IMG/VR virus record: IMGVR_UViG_3300047557_002442
Location: 37,220 to 101,219 of that record
DNA length: 64,000 nt
From: a virus
Reading direction: 5' to 3' (one strand)
A program made the translations under genes and the position numbers. The notes below the pieces were generated by a model. That model saw only the letters and a program-made list of their open reading frames with translations, made no database searches and was not told the DNA's origin. Shown here in pieces: positions 1 through 9,250 of this stretch (its first letter is position 1; each line of letters starts with the position of its first letter).

Positions 1-287
1 AGTGGTATTGTGTCAGGCATTCTACCCTTGAGAATATCGGGTTTATTAGCTACATAATCTTCACACATTAAGTGTACTTTAGTACCTCTTGATGCTGCTT
101 GATTTTTAACCTTATTGGCTTCTTCTGTACCAACTCTCTTAACCCATTCATCGATACCCTCTTTACTGAGTGAAGACAAAACGGATGTGACAGAGGGATA
201 TAGATCGTTGTCTACTTTGTAGAAACGTTTGCCATCTATCATCTGAGCATCCAACTCAGTGACTTCTAGCGGATGATGTATAAACAT
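1..287 (-). CDS. PD-(D/E)XK-family exonuclease of T4-like phages (N-terminal part; runs off the window start)
   Basis: Hand translation from ATG at 287: MFIHHPLEV...GKRFYKV..LYPSVTSVLS...EWVKRVG.EEA....AASRGTKVH, the typical N-terminus of this family. Confidence 0.75.
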   Translation of the reverse strand, partial: MFIHHPLEVTELDAQMIDGKRFYKVDNDLYPSVTSVLSSLSKEGIDEWVKRVGTEEANKVKNQAASRGTKVHLMCEDYVANKPDILKGRMPDTIP

Positions 288-290
288 AAT

Positions 291-530
291 TTAGTAATCT
301 TTGATGGTATTGTTACCGCCAACCTTTTTCTTCATGTGCTTAAGTAGATCTTTGAATCCGGATGATGGTGTTCTTACACCTGCTGTAATTGGATCTACGC
401 ATCCTGGTACAGTTAGCATAACACGTTCAAGGTGGGGATTGTCGAGTTTGAATTGATCAAGCTCAGCAATCTTCATTATGTGTTCCTCTATCTCGCCAGT
501 GCTTGTATTACGAAATTCATATGTAGGCAT
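291..530 (-). CDS. FmdB-like small regulatory protein
   Basis: MPTYEF start and FKDLLKHMKK C-terminus typical of phage FmdB-like proteins; the zinc-ligand Cys residues are largely missing. Confidence 0.55.
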   Translation of the reverse strand: MPTYEFRNTSTGEIEEHIMKIAELDQFKLDNPHLERVMLTVPGCVDPITAGVRTPSSGFKDLLKHMKKKVGGNNTIKDY

Positions 531-835
531 TATCTATTCTTCTTTATTTTGTCAACAACCTGTCGCTCATAATGCCTACGTCTGCTCCAAACAAAGTTAG
601 TCATATTGACCAAGCCTGTCTCAATTAAATCCATAATAATGTTATGCCAAAAGTAGTACATCAAATAAGGTCCTCGTAGGTTAGTAGTTTCGTTGGGTTT
701 TTAGATCTTAAAATGTTAATTAGCGGTTTTATTTTTTTGTTCTCATAAAGCATCTTGGTTTTTCTTGATACATGTGTTGAATATTCTACTTCTTGGTATT
801 TTGGATCAGAATGCTTTTTAAGTGATTTGCTCATT

Positions 836-1261
836 TCAAGTCTCTTGCTCCTCTGGGTAGTCATCGGGAAAGGCCTTTTTAGCAATTTTGGCCGATATCT
901 TCTTAAAGGGTAGCTTTTTATCTTTGATATGACATAAGAGTACAGCATCGTTCTTATCAATAGACTCAAGCAATTGTATAAACAACATCTCACGTTTTAC
1001 TTTGCTAAGGTTAGGATTACCACCTTCAACAAAAAGATACAACTTCCTCATTTCGGATAACAATCTTCCTTCAAGATCGAGGAATTCACATGGTTTGTAT
1101 GGAGGGGTACCACTAGGTAGCATGAATTTAATGCCTGGGTGGAAAGCATATTGTAATAGTTGTCGAACAACAGGATTGCTCTTACGTAGTCCGTCAATTA
1201 TTGCGTCTTCAGTTTCAAGTTCAGATATTTGTTTCAGTATTGTGTACAGCGTTATTTTCAT
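836..1261 (-). CDS. Conserved T4-like phage hypothetical protein
   Basis: LPSGTPPY, KREMLFIQLLE motifs; abuts rnh. Confidence 0.6.
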   Translation of the reverse strand: MKITLYTILKQISELETEDAIIDGLRKSNPVVRQLLQYAFHPGIKFMLPSGTPPYKPCEFLDLEGRLLSEMRKLYLFVEGGNPNLSKVKREMLFIQLLESIDKNDAVLLCHIKDKKLPFKKISAKIAKKAFPDDYPEEQET

Positions 1262-2112
1262 TAAAATTCACCAATATGTTCCATAAGCATTTTAAGTTTG
1301 TGTTTTACAAAGAAATTGAACAATTTGTCTCTTGTCTTACCTTGCTGGGATTCGTACTGTTCAAGTACTTTGTCTTGGATATCTTCAGGTATGAAGGTTA
1401 GATCAATCAACTGCTCATTTCTGTTCCAGTTCCGTAATAACTCACCTGTAAAGAATTCTTTTGGTTTTTGTATGTTAGCATACTTCTCAGGCTTAACCGG
1501 TCGTTGGCGTTCACCACTAACAAACACATCATCCTTTGATAGAATATTTGGAATTCCATCACCACGATCGCCCTTCAATATCAACTCTCTTGTAAATTTG
1601 ATAGGGTCTTCGTGTTTGATAAACTTCTTTCTAACAGGATCAAACTGCTGTACATTACCAAACACATGGAGCTGTACAAAGTCTTTATCACCTGATAGAA
1701 TAACTATCTTCTCACCAGTATTTAGCATTTGCCCATACTTTATTGTCAATGTACCAATCACGTCATCTGCTTCGGCACCCTCAACTTGAATTACTCTATA
1801 TGGAAAGTTATCTCTAAGATCATCGCGAATAGTATTCAAACAATTGAATATTTCAACCCAGTTTAATTCTGATTGTTCCCTGGATTTTTTACGGTTTGCT
1901 TTGTAGTATGGGAAAACTTGTTTGCGCCAGACATGTTTATCATCACAGCATATTACAAGTTCACCATAATCTTTGAATTTGGTTTTGAGGGATCGAATGG
2001 TATTGAGTACCATGTGACGAAGAATATCTTCGTTTATGTCGACATCAGTGTGGTTGCCAAGTTGTGCCATCAAGTTTGATATGCACACCTGGTTAAAGTC
2101 AAGGAGTATCAT
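1261..2112 (-). CDS. rnh: T4-type RNase H / 5'-3' exonuclease
   Basis: MILLDFNQ, YKANRK, EADDVIG, SGDKDFVQL, GDRGDGIPN motifs. Confidence 0.93.
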   Translation of the reverse strand: MILLDFNQVCISNLMAQLGNHTDVDINEDILRHMVLNTIRSLKTKFKDYGELVICCDDKHVWRKQVFPYYKANRKKSREQSELNWVEIFNCLNTIRDDLRDNFPYRVIQVEGAEADDVIGTLTIKYGQMLNTGEKIVILSGDKDFVQLHVFGNVQQFDPVRKKFIKHEDPIKFTRELILKGDRGDGIPNILSKDDVFVSGERQRPVKPEKYANIQKPKEFFTGELLRNWNRNEQLIDLTFIPEDIQDKVLEQYESQQGKTRDKLFNFFVKHKLKMLMEHIGEF

Positions 2113-2121
2113 TTTAAAGTA

Positions 2122-2724
2122 TTATAAAGTAATCTTATCTTTATTTAGTTGTGTTATTCGAACGTGTTGTGCAAGTATATGCATCAGAGCTTGATGACAA
2201 TCTTCAACAACCCCATAATTATTCACGTCTACATGTAATGTAACATCAGCAAGACTTGAAGCTTTACCGCCATCAAACCCAACAAATGCAATACTACGCA
2301 TACTACTAATCTTTGCATACTCTAATGCTTTGATAATGTTTGCTGAATTGCCACTTGATGATATAACAATTAATACGTCATTAGGATCAGCAAACATTTC
2401 TAATTGGTAAGAGAATATACTGTCGTAATTAATGTCATTAGCAATTGCTGTTATTGTTGCGGTACTTGATGGTAATGACACAATCTTAGGACGTTTGTCT
2501 GTATCACAGTATATACATTTGGAATGGTCACAAAGGAAGTGATCACTTATAGCAGCTGATCCTCCATTACCACAAACATATATGGTATCTCTATATTTCA
2601 AAGCATCTTGTATTAATTCAACTGCCTTCTCTAGTTGTAGTCTATCAACAGATTCTAAACCACGAGCAATTGCAGTACTATACCAATCAATGTACTCTCC
2701 AATATCTTTTTTATCTGTTGTCAT
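2122..2724 (-). CDS. gmhA: Phosphoheptose isomerase (SIS domain)
   Basis: CGNGGSAA, TAIAND, ISSSGNSAN, EDCH motifs. Confidence 0.88.
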   Translation of the reverse strand: MTTDKKDIGEYIDWYSTAIARGLESVDRLQLEKAVELIQDALKYRDTIYVCGNGGSAAISDHFLCDHSKCIYCDTDKRPKIVSLPSSTATITAIANDINYDSIFSYQLEMFADPNDVLIVISSSGNSANIIKALEYAKISSMRSIAFVGFDGGKASSLADVTLHVDVNNYGVVEDCHQALMHILAQHVRITQLNKDKITL

Positions 2725-3697
2725 ATACTACTTCACTTCCGCTATCGGTAAAATTAAATTTGAAGTGCTTGAGACCCATTTGCTCCATTCTCTGTATAAC
2801 CTTATACTGTTTAGACAAAGGTACATAAAGAAGTAGAAAGCCTCCACCACCTGCTCCAGCTATTTTACCACCCAACGCTCCATAAGTCAACGCCTCCCAA
2901 TACCATTCGTCAATGCTACTATTAGTAATATTTGATGAGAGCCCTTTCTTCAATGCCCATGCCTGACCAAGCAAATATCCAAAGTCGTCTACCTTTCCTG
3001 CATAAAGGGATTTTAGAGCTTGTCGACCATAGGAGATCATTCTTTGTACTTTATCCACCATATAGGAATCTGACTTCATATTATCGCTCTGCTCAGATAA
3101 AATATCAGATGCATTACGTTTTACACCAGTATAGAATAAAAGTAGGTTGTTATTCAGCTGATGTAATACATCACCCGAAATCGTAACTGGACTTACGTCA
3201 ACATGCTCGGGAGTGAATGTATAAGAGTTGAATCCTCCAAACGCTGCTGCATATTGATCTTGTTTACCAATTGGCTCATTACATTTGCTTATTTCAATAT
3301 CACATGCCGCCTCAGCCAAATCATATTTTGTTATTGGTACATCTTTTAATCTAGCCAATGCATTCAATAAACCGACAGTGTATGTTGAAGAGGATCCTAG
3401 ACCTGTTCCTTTTGTTGGAATCTGTGCATACGACGAAATCTCTATATTGGACTTTACACCCATCATCTTCAATGCTTCACGTACACGGTCATGCTTCAAG
3501 TCCCCAACCTTATCAACATGTTCAATTTCACTGTATACAAGTCTTATTCCAGGATATGATGTTTCACATACAGCTGTATGCATATATTGATCAATTGTTG
3601 TGGATAGGCAAAAACCTGGCTGCTGGTTATAGTATGCAGCCAGGTCACTACCACCTCCAAAGAAGCTTAATCTTAGTGGTGTCTTAACAAGAATCAT
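2711..3697 (-). CDS. hddA: GHMP-family heptose-7-phosphate kinase (HddA-like)
   Basis: PLRLSFFGGGSD, GTGLGSSS, GKQDQYAAAFGG, GAGGGGF. Confidence 0.85.
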   Translation of the reverse strand: MILVKTPLRLSFFGGGSDLAAYYNQQPGFCLSTTIDQYMHTAVCETSYPGIRLVYSEIEHVDKVGDLKHDRVREALKMMGVKSNIEISSYAQIPTKGTGLGSSSTYTVGLLNALARLKDVPITKYDLAEAACDIEISKCNEPIGKQDQYAAAFGGFNSYTFTPEHVDVSPVTISGDVLHQLNNNLLLFYTGVKRNASDILSEQSDNMKSDSYMVDKVQRMISYGRQALKSLYAGKVDDFGYLLGQAWALKKGLSSNITNSSIDEWYWEALTYGALGGKIAGAGGGGFLLLYVPLSKQYKVIQRMEQMGLKHFKFNFTDSGSEVVYDNR

Positions 3698-4692
3698 TAT
3701 ATTGTCTTATATGTGAATACTGGACCACTAACTATCTTGCGAGACTTTTCATCCGGATACTGAACTTTCAATGTACTTAACAAGTCAGTCCATTGTTGAG
3801 TAATCTTAGTCCAGTTATATCTTGAATCAGCATATGCTTTAACAAACTTCAAATAATCTTGAACCGGCTCTTGATGTACAACACTTATAGCATTATCAAG
3901 TGCTTGGTAGAATATATTAGCATGTTCTTGAGGATTATCAGATCCTTGATACTGGAATGTTAATCCACCGGATGTATCAGACAATCCTGCACGATTCGGG
4001 TGAACACATAACAATCCTGCTGACATAGCTTCAATCAGGCTACGACTATTACATTCTTGCCATATAGATGGGTATGCAAAGATGTGTGCATCTTGTAAAG
4101 CTTCTCGTACCTTATCATTTGTAGCAAAGCCATGATAGTTAATCTTAGGATGATTACGGCAACGTTCATATAATTCTTCAAACTGTGCATCAGCATCGTC
4201 CCAACCATAAATCTTATAGCTTGAGAATACATCTAAAACTATATTGTCATATTTCTCACACAATTTTTCAAACACAGGAATAAGCAATGCTAGTCCTCGT
4301 TGAGGTGTTGATGTGTATATGAGACGGATTTCATCTTTTGATTTCTCTTTGGCAGGGATTGGGTCAATAGCTGTTTCAATAACCGCTACATTTGGATCAT
4401 ATGGTACTCCTAAGAAGTTCTGGTATTGCTGATACTGCCATTGACCACAGAATACAATCTTCTGGAATCTACTACGACTATTAGGATCTTTTAGATGATT
4501 GGTTTCAGGATCGTGTGGTAAGTCATGGACCCAATAAACACGAATCTTCTCAGGATCTAAATCACGTACACGTGAGCAAATGATTTGAAATTCATCAGCC
4601 ACTCCTTCAGGCAGTCTTTCAGCAAGACCACGTTTCATCAACTCAGTACCACCTTGCGAGTTTTTAGATATTTCATTTTCTTCGAATGCCAT
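3697..4692 (-). CDS. GT-B (GT4-like) glycosyltransferase
   Basis: GGTE N-terminus, YTSTPQRGL, YPSIWQECNSRSLIEAMSAG (E-x7-E). Confidence 0.85.
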   Translation of the reverse strand: MAFEENEISKNSQGGTELMKRGLAERLPEGVADEFQIICSRVRDLDPEKIRVYWVHDLPHDPETNHLKDPNSRSRFQKIVFCGQWQYQQYQNFLGVPYDPNVAVIETAIDPIPAKEKSKDEIRLIYTSTPQRGLALLIPVFEKLCEKYDNIVLDVFSSYKIYGWDDADAQFEELYERCRNHPKINYHGFATNDKVREALQDAHIFAYPSIWQECNSRSLIEAMSAGLLCVHPNRAGLSDTSGGLTFQYQGSDNPQEHANIFYQALDNAISVVHQEPVQDYLKFVKAYADSRYNWTKITQQWTDLLSTLKVQYPDEKSRKIVSGPVFTYKTI

Positions 4693-5669
4693 TATTTTGT
4701 TTCCTCTTTTTTATAAACATACCAATCCCATGCAGCTTTAATCATATCCTCTAAGATTTCATCATACTCGAATCCTGTTTCTTCAATAAACTTAGATGGA
4801 TTACATAATAAAATAGCTGGATCGCCTGGTCTTGGATTACCAATATCATATGGGACGTCAATCCCAATCACGTCTTCAAAAGTCTTTATTAACTCTAATA
4901 CCGATGTACCTCTCATTGTTCCCATGTTGAATGTATGATGACCTTTATTTGTCTTCATATAATCAACTGCGTGGAAGTGAGCTTTACAAATATCATTTAC
5001 ACTAATATAGTCACGGACTGCTGTACCGTCTGGGGTATCCCATTCCATACCATACACGGTAAGTGGGTTGCCCGTATAAGCAGCTTCCATGATTCGTGGA
5101 ATAATATGTGGGTAGTTCAATGGTTGGCCAACATCACCATAAGATCCAGCTACACAGAAATATCTGAATACCGTTGATGTGATACCTTTCTCATACAGCT
5201 CACCAAGAACAATTTCTGCCAAGAATTTACTACGGCCATATGGATTTGGTGAAGCCTTTGGTGATGATTCAGTAAGATAGCTTGTCGATGGATCATATAC
5301 AGCTGCTGTGCTTGAGAATACAATATGACCATCACGTTCAGCCCAGCCATGCTTCAATAAGTTACGTAACATGGCAGATGTGTTACCAACATTATTTTGA
5401 TAAAACTCAAAGGGATCTTCTACGCTAAGGGGAACAGATGCTGACCCACCTAGATGAAACACAGTCCTAATATTATATCGTTCACATATAACAGCAAAAT
5501 GTGGATCCTCATATCCACATGCAAGCGGTAAATCAACATATTGCTGTTTATCACCTGGCTTATACGCTCTATCACAACCTAATACGTTATATCCACGATC
5601 CTTACAGTGCTTAGCTAACACCGATCCGATGTATCCTGCTGACCCTGTTATAGCTATCCAATCAGCCAT
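4692..5669 (-). CDS. galE: NAD-dependent epimerase, UDP-glucose 4-epimerase-like
   Basis: TGSAGYIGS, FSSTAAVY, YGRSK, DGTAVRDYI, RPGDPA. Confidence 0.88.
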   Translation of the reverse strand: MADWIAITGSAGYIGSVLAKHCKDRGYNVLGCDRAYKPGDKQQYVDLPLACGYEDPHFAVICERYNIRTVFHLGGSASVPLSVEDPFEFYQNNVGNTSAMLRNLLKHGWAERDGHIVFSSTAAVYDPSTSYLTESSPKASPNPYGRSKFLAEIVLGELYEKGITSTVFRYFCVAGSYGDVGQPLNYPHIIPRIMEAAYTGNPLTVYGMEWDTPDGTAVRDYISVNDICKAHFHAVDYMKTNKGHHTFNMGTMRGTSVLELIKTFEDVIGIDVPYDIGNPRPGDPAILLCNPSKFIEETGFEYDEILEDMIKAAWDWYVYKKEETK

Positions 5670-6108
5670 TATTTGCCTTCTCCAACTCTGCATCAAAAAT
5701 ACGTTTTCTCAACTCCGTTGAACTAAAGCTATGATCTCGTTTGTTATACCAAACTTTGATACCACGATCCTCACAAATGTTCTTACCGGTGAACGGTTGA
5801 TCCCGGTACTCCTCACCTATAACTCTAACATCAATGGGTAATAGCTTCAACAAATCTTCAAGATCAGCCTCTGTCTCATAAATATAAATCTCATCTATCA
5901 ATGAACATGCTTTGAGTTGAAGTTGTCTTTCAACAATGGTTTGAATTGGTTTATTTTTAAATGAACGATCCCTGGACGGATCAACTTGTAGACCTACAAT
6001 AAGATAGTCACACACTTGCTTCGCTTGTGTAAGCATGTCAATGTGACCTGCATGGAACAAATCAAATGTTGAGCAAGTGAACCCTACTCGTTTTTCATTA
6101 TCAATCAT
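5662..6108 (-). CDS. Cytidylyltransferase (TagD/RfaE2-like)
   Basis: FDLFHAGH (HxGH) and FSSTELR. Confidence 0.85.
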   Translation of the reverse strand: MIDNEKRVGFTCSTFDLFHAGHIDMLTQAKQVCDYLIVGLQVDPSRDRSFKNKPIQTIVERQLQLKACSLIDEIYIYETEADLEDLLKLLPIDVRVIGEEYRDQPFTGKNICEDRGIKVWYNKRDHSFSSTELRKRIFDAELEKANNG

Positions 6109-6395
6109 ACCAACAATCCCTCAATTCTTTTGATACTATCCCAACGGAACGATCTCCACTGTTGCTTCTCAAGATCGAAAACCGGAAGAATGTTTTCATT
6201 GACAGTACGTTGTTTATCAGTCTTTCTTTCGTACTGCTCAATCAAATCGCTCTTCAGTGAGCACTTCATCACTCGCTCTGTTCCATCTGTTTTAGTGAAG
6301 GTAATATTGAATGGTCCTGTTTGCAAAAGACCAATCAACCATGCACGCGATTCTTTATCATTAAATTCTACTGCCATAATATATATACTCCTCAA
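6105..6395 (-). CDS. Small SH3/WYL-like beta-barrel protein
   Basis: FTKTDGTER...VFDLEKQQWRSF motif. Confidence 0.65.
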   Translation of the reverse strand: MRSIYIMAVEFNDKESRAWLIGLLQTGPFNITFTKTDGTERVMKCSLKSDLIEQYERKTDKQRTVNENILPVFDLEKQQWRSFRWDSIKRIEGLLV

Positions 6396-6885
6396 TTATC
6401 GTTTAACGATTGTGTAAAATTCCTTAGCTAGTTTAAGTGTACGGTTGTTCACCTTGACGATATAGAATCGTTTACCTTCGATATCTTCCTCATTAACTAA
6501 ATCTCCAGTATAGGAGTTATCATTTACTTTGTTTTTAAAGTAAAGATTTCTTCTCACCTCATATGAGGGTCTTCTGCTATTTCTTGTTAGTACTTTCATG
6601 TGAACTCTTTTTCCGACTTAATAACTATTTTGTCATCTGGTATTTTCCATCTTTTACAGATATCAGTCAACAGGTTATCGAAATTATTTGACTGTCCTAA
6701 GAATACTTCATCTATATCCCAAGCATAGTATGTTTTCTTATCAGATGTGTATTCAATATGTATTGGGAATACCCAATCCTGATCCATTTTCTGCATTTTT
6801 CTTATGTTAATGTATGCTTCAGTAAAGTTAAATACAAATGTGACGACCCACCAAACCACAAAAGCAACTATAGCCCATACAAATA

Positions 6886-7446
6886 TCATGGTTGTTCCTT
6901 TTCGTATCCTAATGCACCATACTTACAGACATAATAACTATCTATAATGTCAGATGATGGGTTCCACTGCTTTTCACTCAAAGAAAACAAACTTTTTATA
7001 TCCAGGTTATTTTCTTGGATGAATGCAGTCTGCATTAACTCCTTGTTTGCATTACCCTTTCCAGTTGCAATCTTCTTAATTACAGTTGGTGGTATTGTTT
7101 CGTACTGATAGTGATACTTGAATAAAAGATATTTTAAGATACCAGTATTTTCCGCTATATGAAAAACCCGGCCCGTTGAACCATAACTATAATCCTCAAT
7201 GAATACCTTTTCGATACGATATTCCATTAAGCATTTTATAAGCCACATCGAGATATTTTCATAACGCTCAACTTGGCTATTATAAGTGGGGTACATAACT
7301 CCACGAAACTGATCATTGTTGATCAATCTCTTAGCATTATCTGCCATATAGTGAAAAGTACAATGTTGTATACTGTATTCTTCACTACCATTAAAAACGC
7401 ACAGTGCTGGAGACGTTAATGATAAGTCAATTCCAGCAATAGCCAT
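6886..7446 (-). CDS. RuvC-like (RNase H fold) resolvase
   Basis: AGIDLS, FIEDY, KKIATGKGNANKE, DIIDSY. Confidence 0.75.
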   Translation of the reverse strand: MAIAGIDLSLTSPALCVFNGSEEYSIQHCTFHYMADNAKRLINNDQFRGVMYPTYNSQVERYENISMWLIKCLMEYRIEKVFIEDYSYGSTGRVFHIAENTGILKYLLFKYHYQYETIPPTVIKKIATGKGNANKELMQTAFIQENNLDIKSLFSLSEKQWNPSSDIIDSYYVCKYGALGYEKEQP

Positions 7447-7448
7447 TC

Positions 7449-7646
7449 TTAATCTTCATCCTCATCATCTTCATCAATGATATCATCATAATCTTCCTCA
7501 GCGAATCCTTCATCTATATTGTAGCCACAAAACGGACAAAATACAATTTCTTGTTCAGGATAGTCCGTTGATGTTACTACAAATTCAGTATCACACCCTT
7601 CACAATATATTGGATCACCAGACAAATATTCTTCTAGTTGCACCAT
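7449..7646 (-). CDS. Small zinc-ribbon protein with acidic tail
   Basis: CEGC...CPFC and a D/E-rich C-terminus. Confidence 0.6.
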   Translation of the reverse strand: MVQLEEYLSGDPIYCEGCDTEFVVTSTDYPEQEIVFCPFCGYNIDEGFAEEDYDDIIDEDDEDED

Positions 7647-8053
7647 GACTGCTTTGCCTCCCCGTGATATGGACGTGCCAAGTTATTTTGAATAAGAAGT
7701 GCTGATAGTTTTTGACCATCAATAATTACGTCACCAAGTACTCTACCACCAAATTTGTCCCACTCCTTCAATTCGACTTGAACCCTTTTAGCATTGGCTA
7801 TTGCTTTCTTTGTAAAGTCTGTAGCCGCTTGACCTTTTTGAGCTTCCTTCTCACATTTAGCTCTTGGAGCTTTTTCTGGTGTATCTACACCTAACACTCT
7901 AATTTTCAGGGTCTTTCCAAGTTCTGGTGGTAAGAAACTAGCTTCGAATTCAACCGTGTCTCCATCAACTGCTCTTGTAATTTTCCAATCATGAGATTGT
8001 GCTTGTGTATTGATGCTCGTGACTAGCAAGAGCGTTGCTAAAAAATATTTCAT
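7634..8053 (-). CDS. Thermonuclease (SNase) with signal peptide
   Basis: VDGDT, GVDTPE, DKFGGRVLG; hydrophobic leader MKYFLATLLLVTSINTQA. Confidence 0.88.
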   Translation of the reverse strand: MKYFLATLLLVTSINTQAQSHDWKITRAVDGDTVEFEASFLPPELGKTLKIRVLGVDTPEKAPRAKCEKEAQKGQAATDFTKKAIANAKRVQVELKEWDKFGGRVLGDVIIDGQKLSALLIQNNLARPYHGEAKQSWCN

Positions 8054-8070
8054 GGTTACCTTTCTTATTG

Positions 8071-9063
8071 TTATGCCGCTTGACCCCAAACATCTGACCA
8101 ATCTCCAGATAGTGCACCTTTTGCATAATCAGTAGCACGGTTCTCAAAGAAGTTGGTATGTGTCGGAGCGTTAATCATCTCTTCGACCCAAGGCAATGGA
8201 TTCTTTTTGACTTTGAATATTCCCTTAAGACCTAGTGAGATCAATCTTCTATCTGCAATATATCGAATGTATTGTTTTACTTGTTCTGGTGTCAAATCTA
8301 TCATACTACTCATACCAAACGATAGATCAATAAACTTATCTTCAAGTTCAACCATTCTTTCTGCAATGGTATATATTTGTGATTTTAAATCGTCATTCCA
8401 TAGTTCGCGATTTTCTTCAATGTATGTTCTAAACAGCTTGATCATATTCTCAGCATGCATCGTTTCATCAACAATAGACCAAGTAACGATTTGACCCATA
8501 CCCTTCATCATTCCGTTACGTGGGAAGTTTAATAACATAATGAATGAGCTGAATAGTTGCATACCCTCAGTAAATGCAGAGAAGGCTGCAATGTTAGTGG
8601 CTACTGATTGTGGGGTACCATTCTTACTTGACAAATCCATGAAGTATTCATGCTTTGCCTTCATTGACTCATAATCTAGGAACTCACTATATGTTGTTTC
8701 AGGCATACCTAAGGTTTCAATAAGATGTGAGTATGCAGCAATGTGTAATGCTTCTCTCGCTGCAAATCCTAACAACATCATACGGACTTCAGGTTGTTGG
8801 AAGTATGGTAGATAGTTCGTAACATATCCACCGGCAACGTCAATATCGCCTTGTGTAAAGAACCTAAAGATATGTGTTAGAAATTGTTTCTGGGATGGTG
8901 TAATCTTATTTTTCCAATCTTTAACATCTTCCAGCATTGGTACTTCTGTATGCAACCAATGTGCTTGCTCATGTTGTAGCCAAGCTTCATATGCCCATGG
9001 ATAATTAAATGGCTTGAAAAAACTTCTATCTTCTGTTAACTTATACTTTACTTTCTTTATCAT
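8071..9063 (-). CDS. nrdB: Ribonucleotide reductase class Ia beta subunit
   Basis: REALH, EGMQLFSSF, DETMH, NFFE. Confidence 0.95.
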   Translation of the reverse strand: MIKKVKYKLTEDRSFFKPFNYPWAYEAWLQHEQAHWLHTEVPMLEDVKDWKNKITPSQKQFLTHIFRFFTQGDIDVAGGYVTNYLPYFQQPEVRMMLLGFAAREALHIAAYSHLIETLGMPETTYSEFLDYESMKAKHEYFMDLSSKNGTPQSVATNIAAFSAFTEGMQLFSSFIMLLNFPRNGMMKGMGQIVTWSIVDETMHAENMIKLFRTYIEENRELWNDDLKSQIYTIAERMVELEDKFIDLSFGMSSMIDLTPEQVKQYIRYIADRRLISLGLKGIFKVKKNPLPWVEEMINAPTHTNFFENRATDYAKGALSGDWSDVWGQAA

Positions 9064-9065
9064 TC

Positions 9066-9248
9066 TTAATATTTCCCGTCTGTTTTCATCCAACCTTTAC
9101 CTTTGTACTCAACACTTGGTGCAGCTAGAAATGTTCTTTCTAAACCATGTTTCTTACAAGTAGGACATTCAGTTGGATGAGGATCTTTGATAGATTTGTT
9201 TATTTCACAAAACTCACCACACATATTACATTTATAATCATATAGCAT
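9066..9248 (-). CDS. FmdB-like zinc-ribbon protein
   Basis: YDYKCNMC...CPTC...GKGWMKTD. Confidence 0.75.
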   Translation of the reverse strand: MLYDYKCNMCGEFCEINKSIKDPHPTECPTCKKHGLERTFLAAPSVEYKGKGWMKTDGKY

Positions 9249-9250
9249 TA

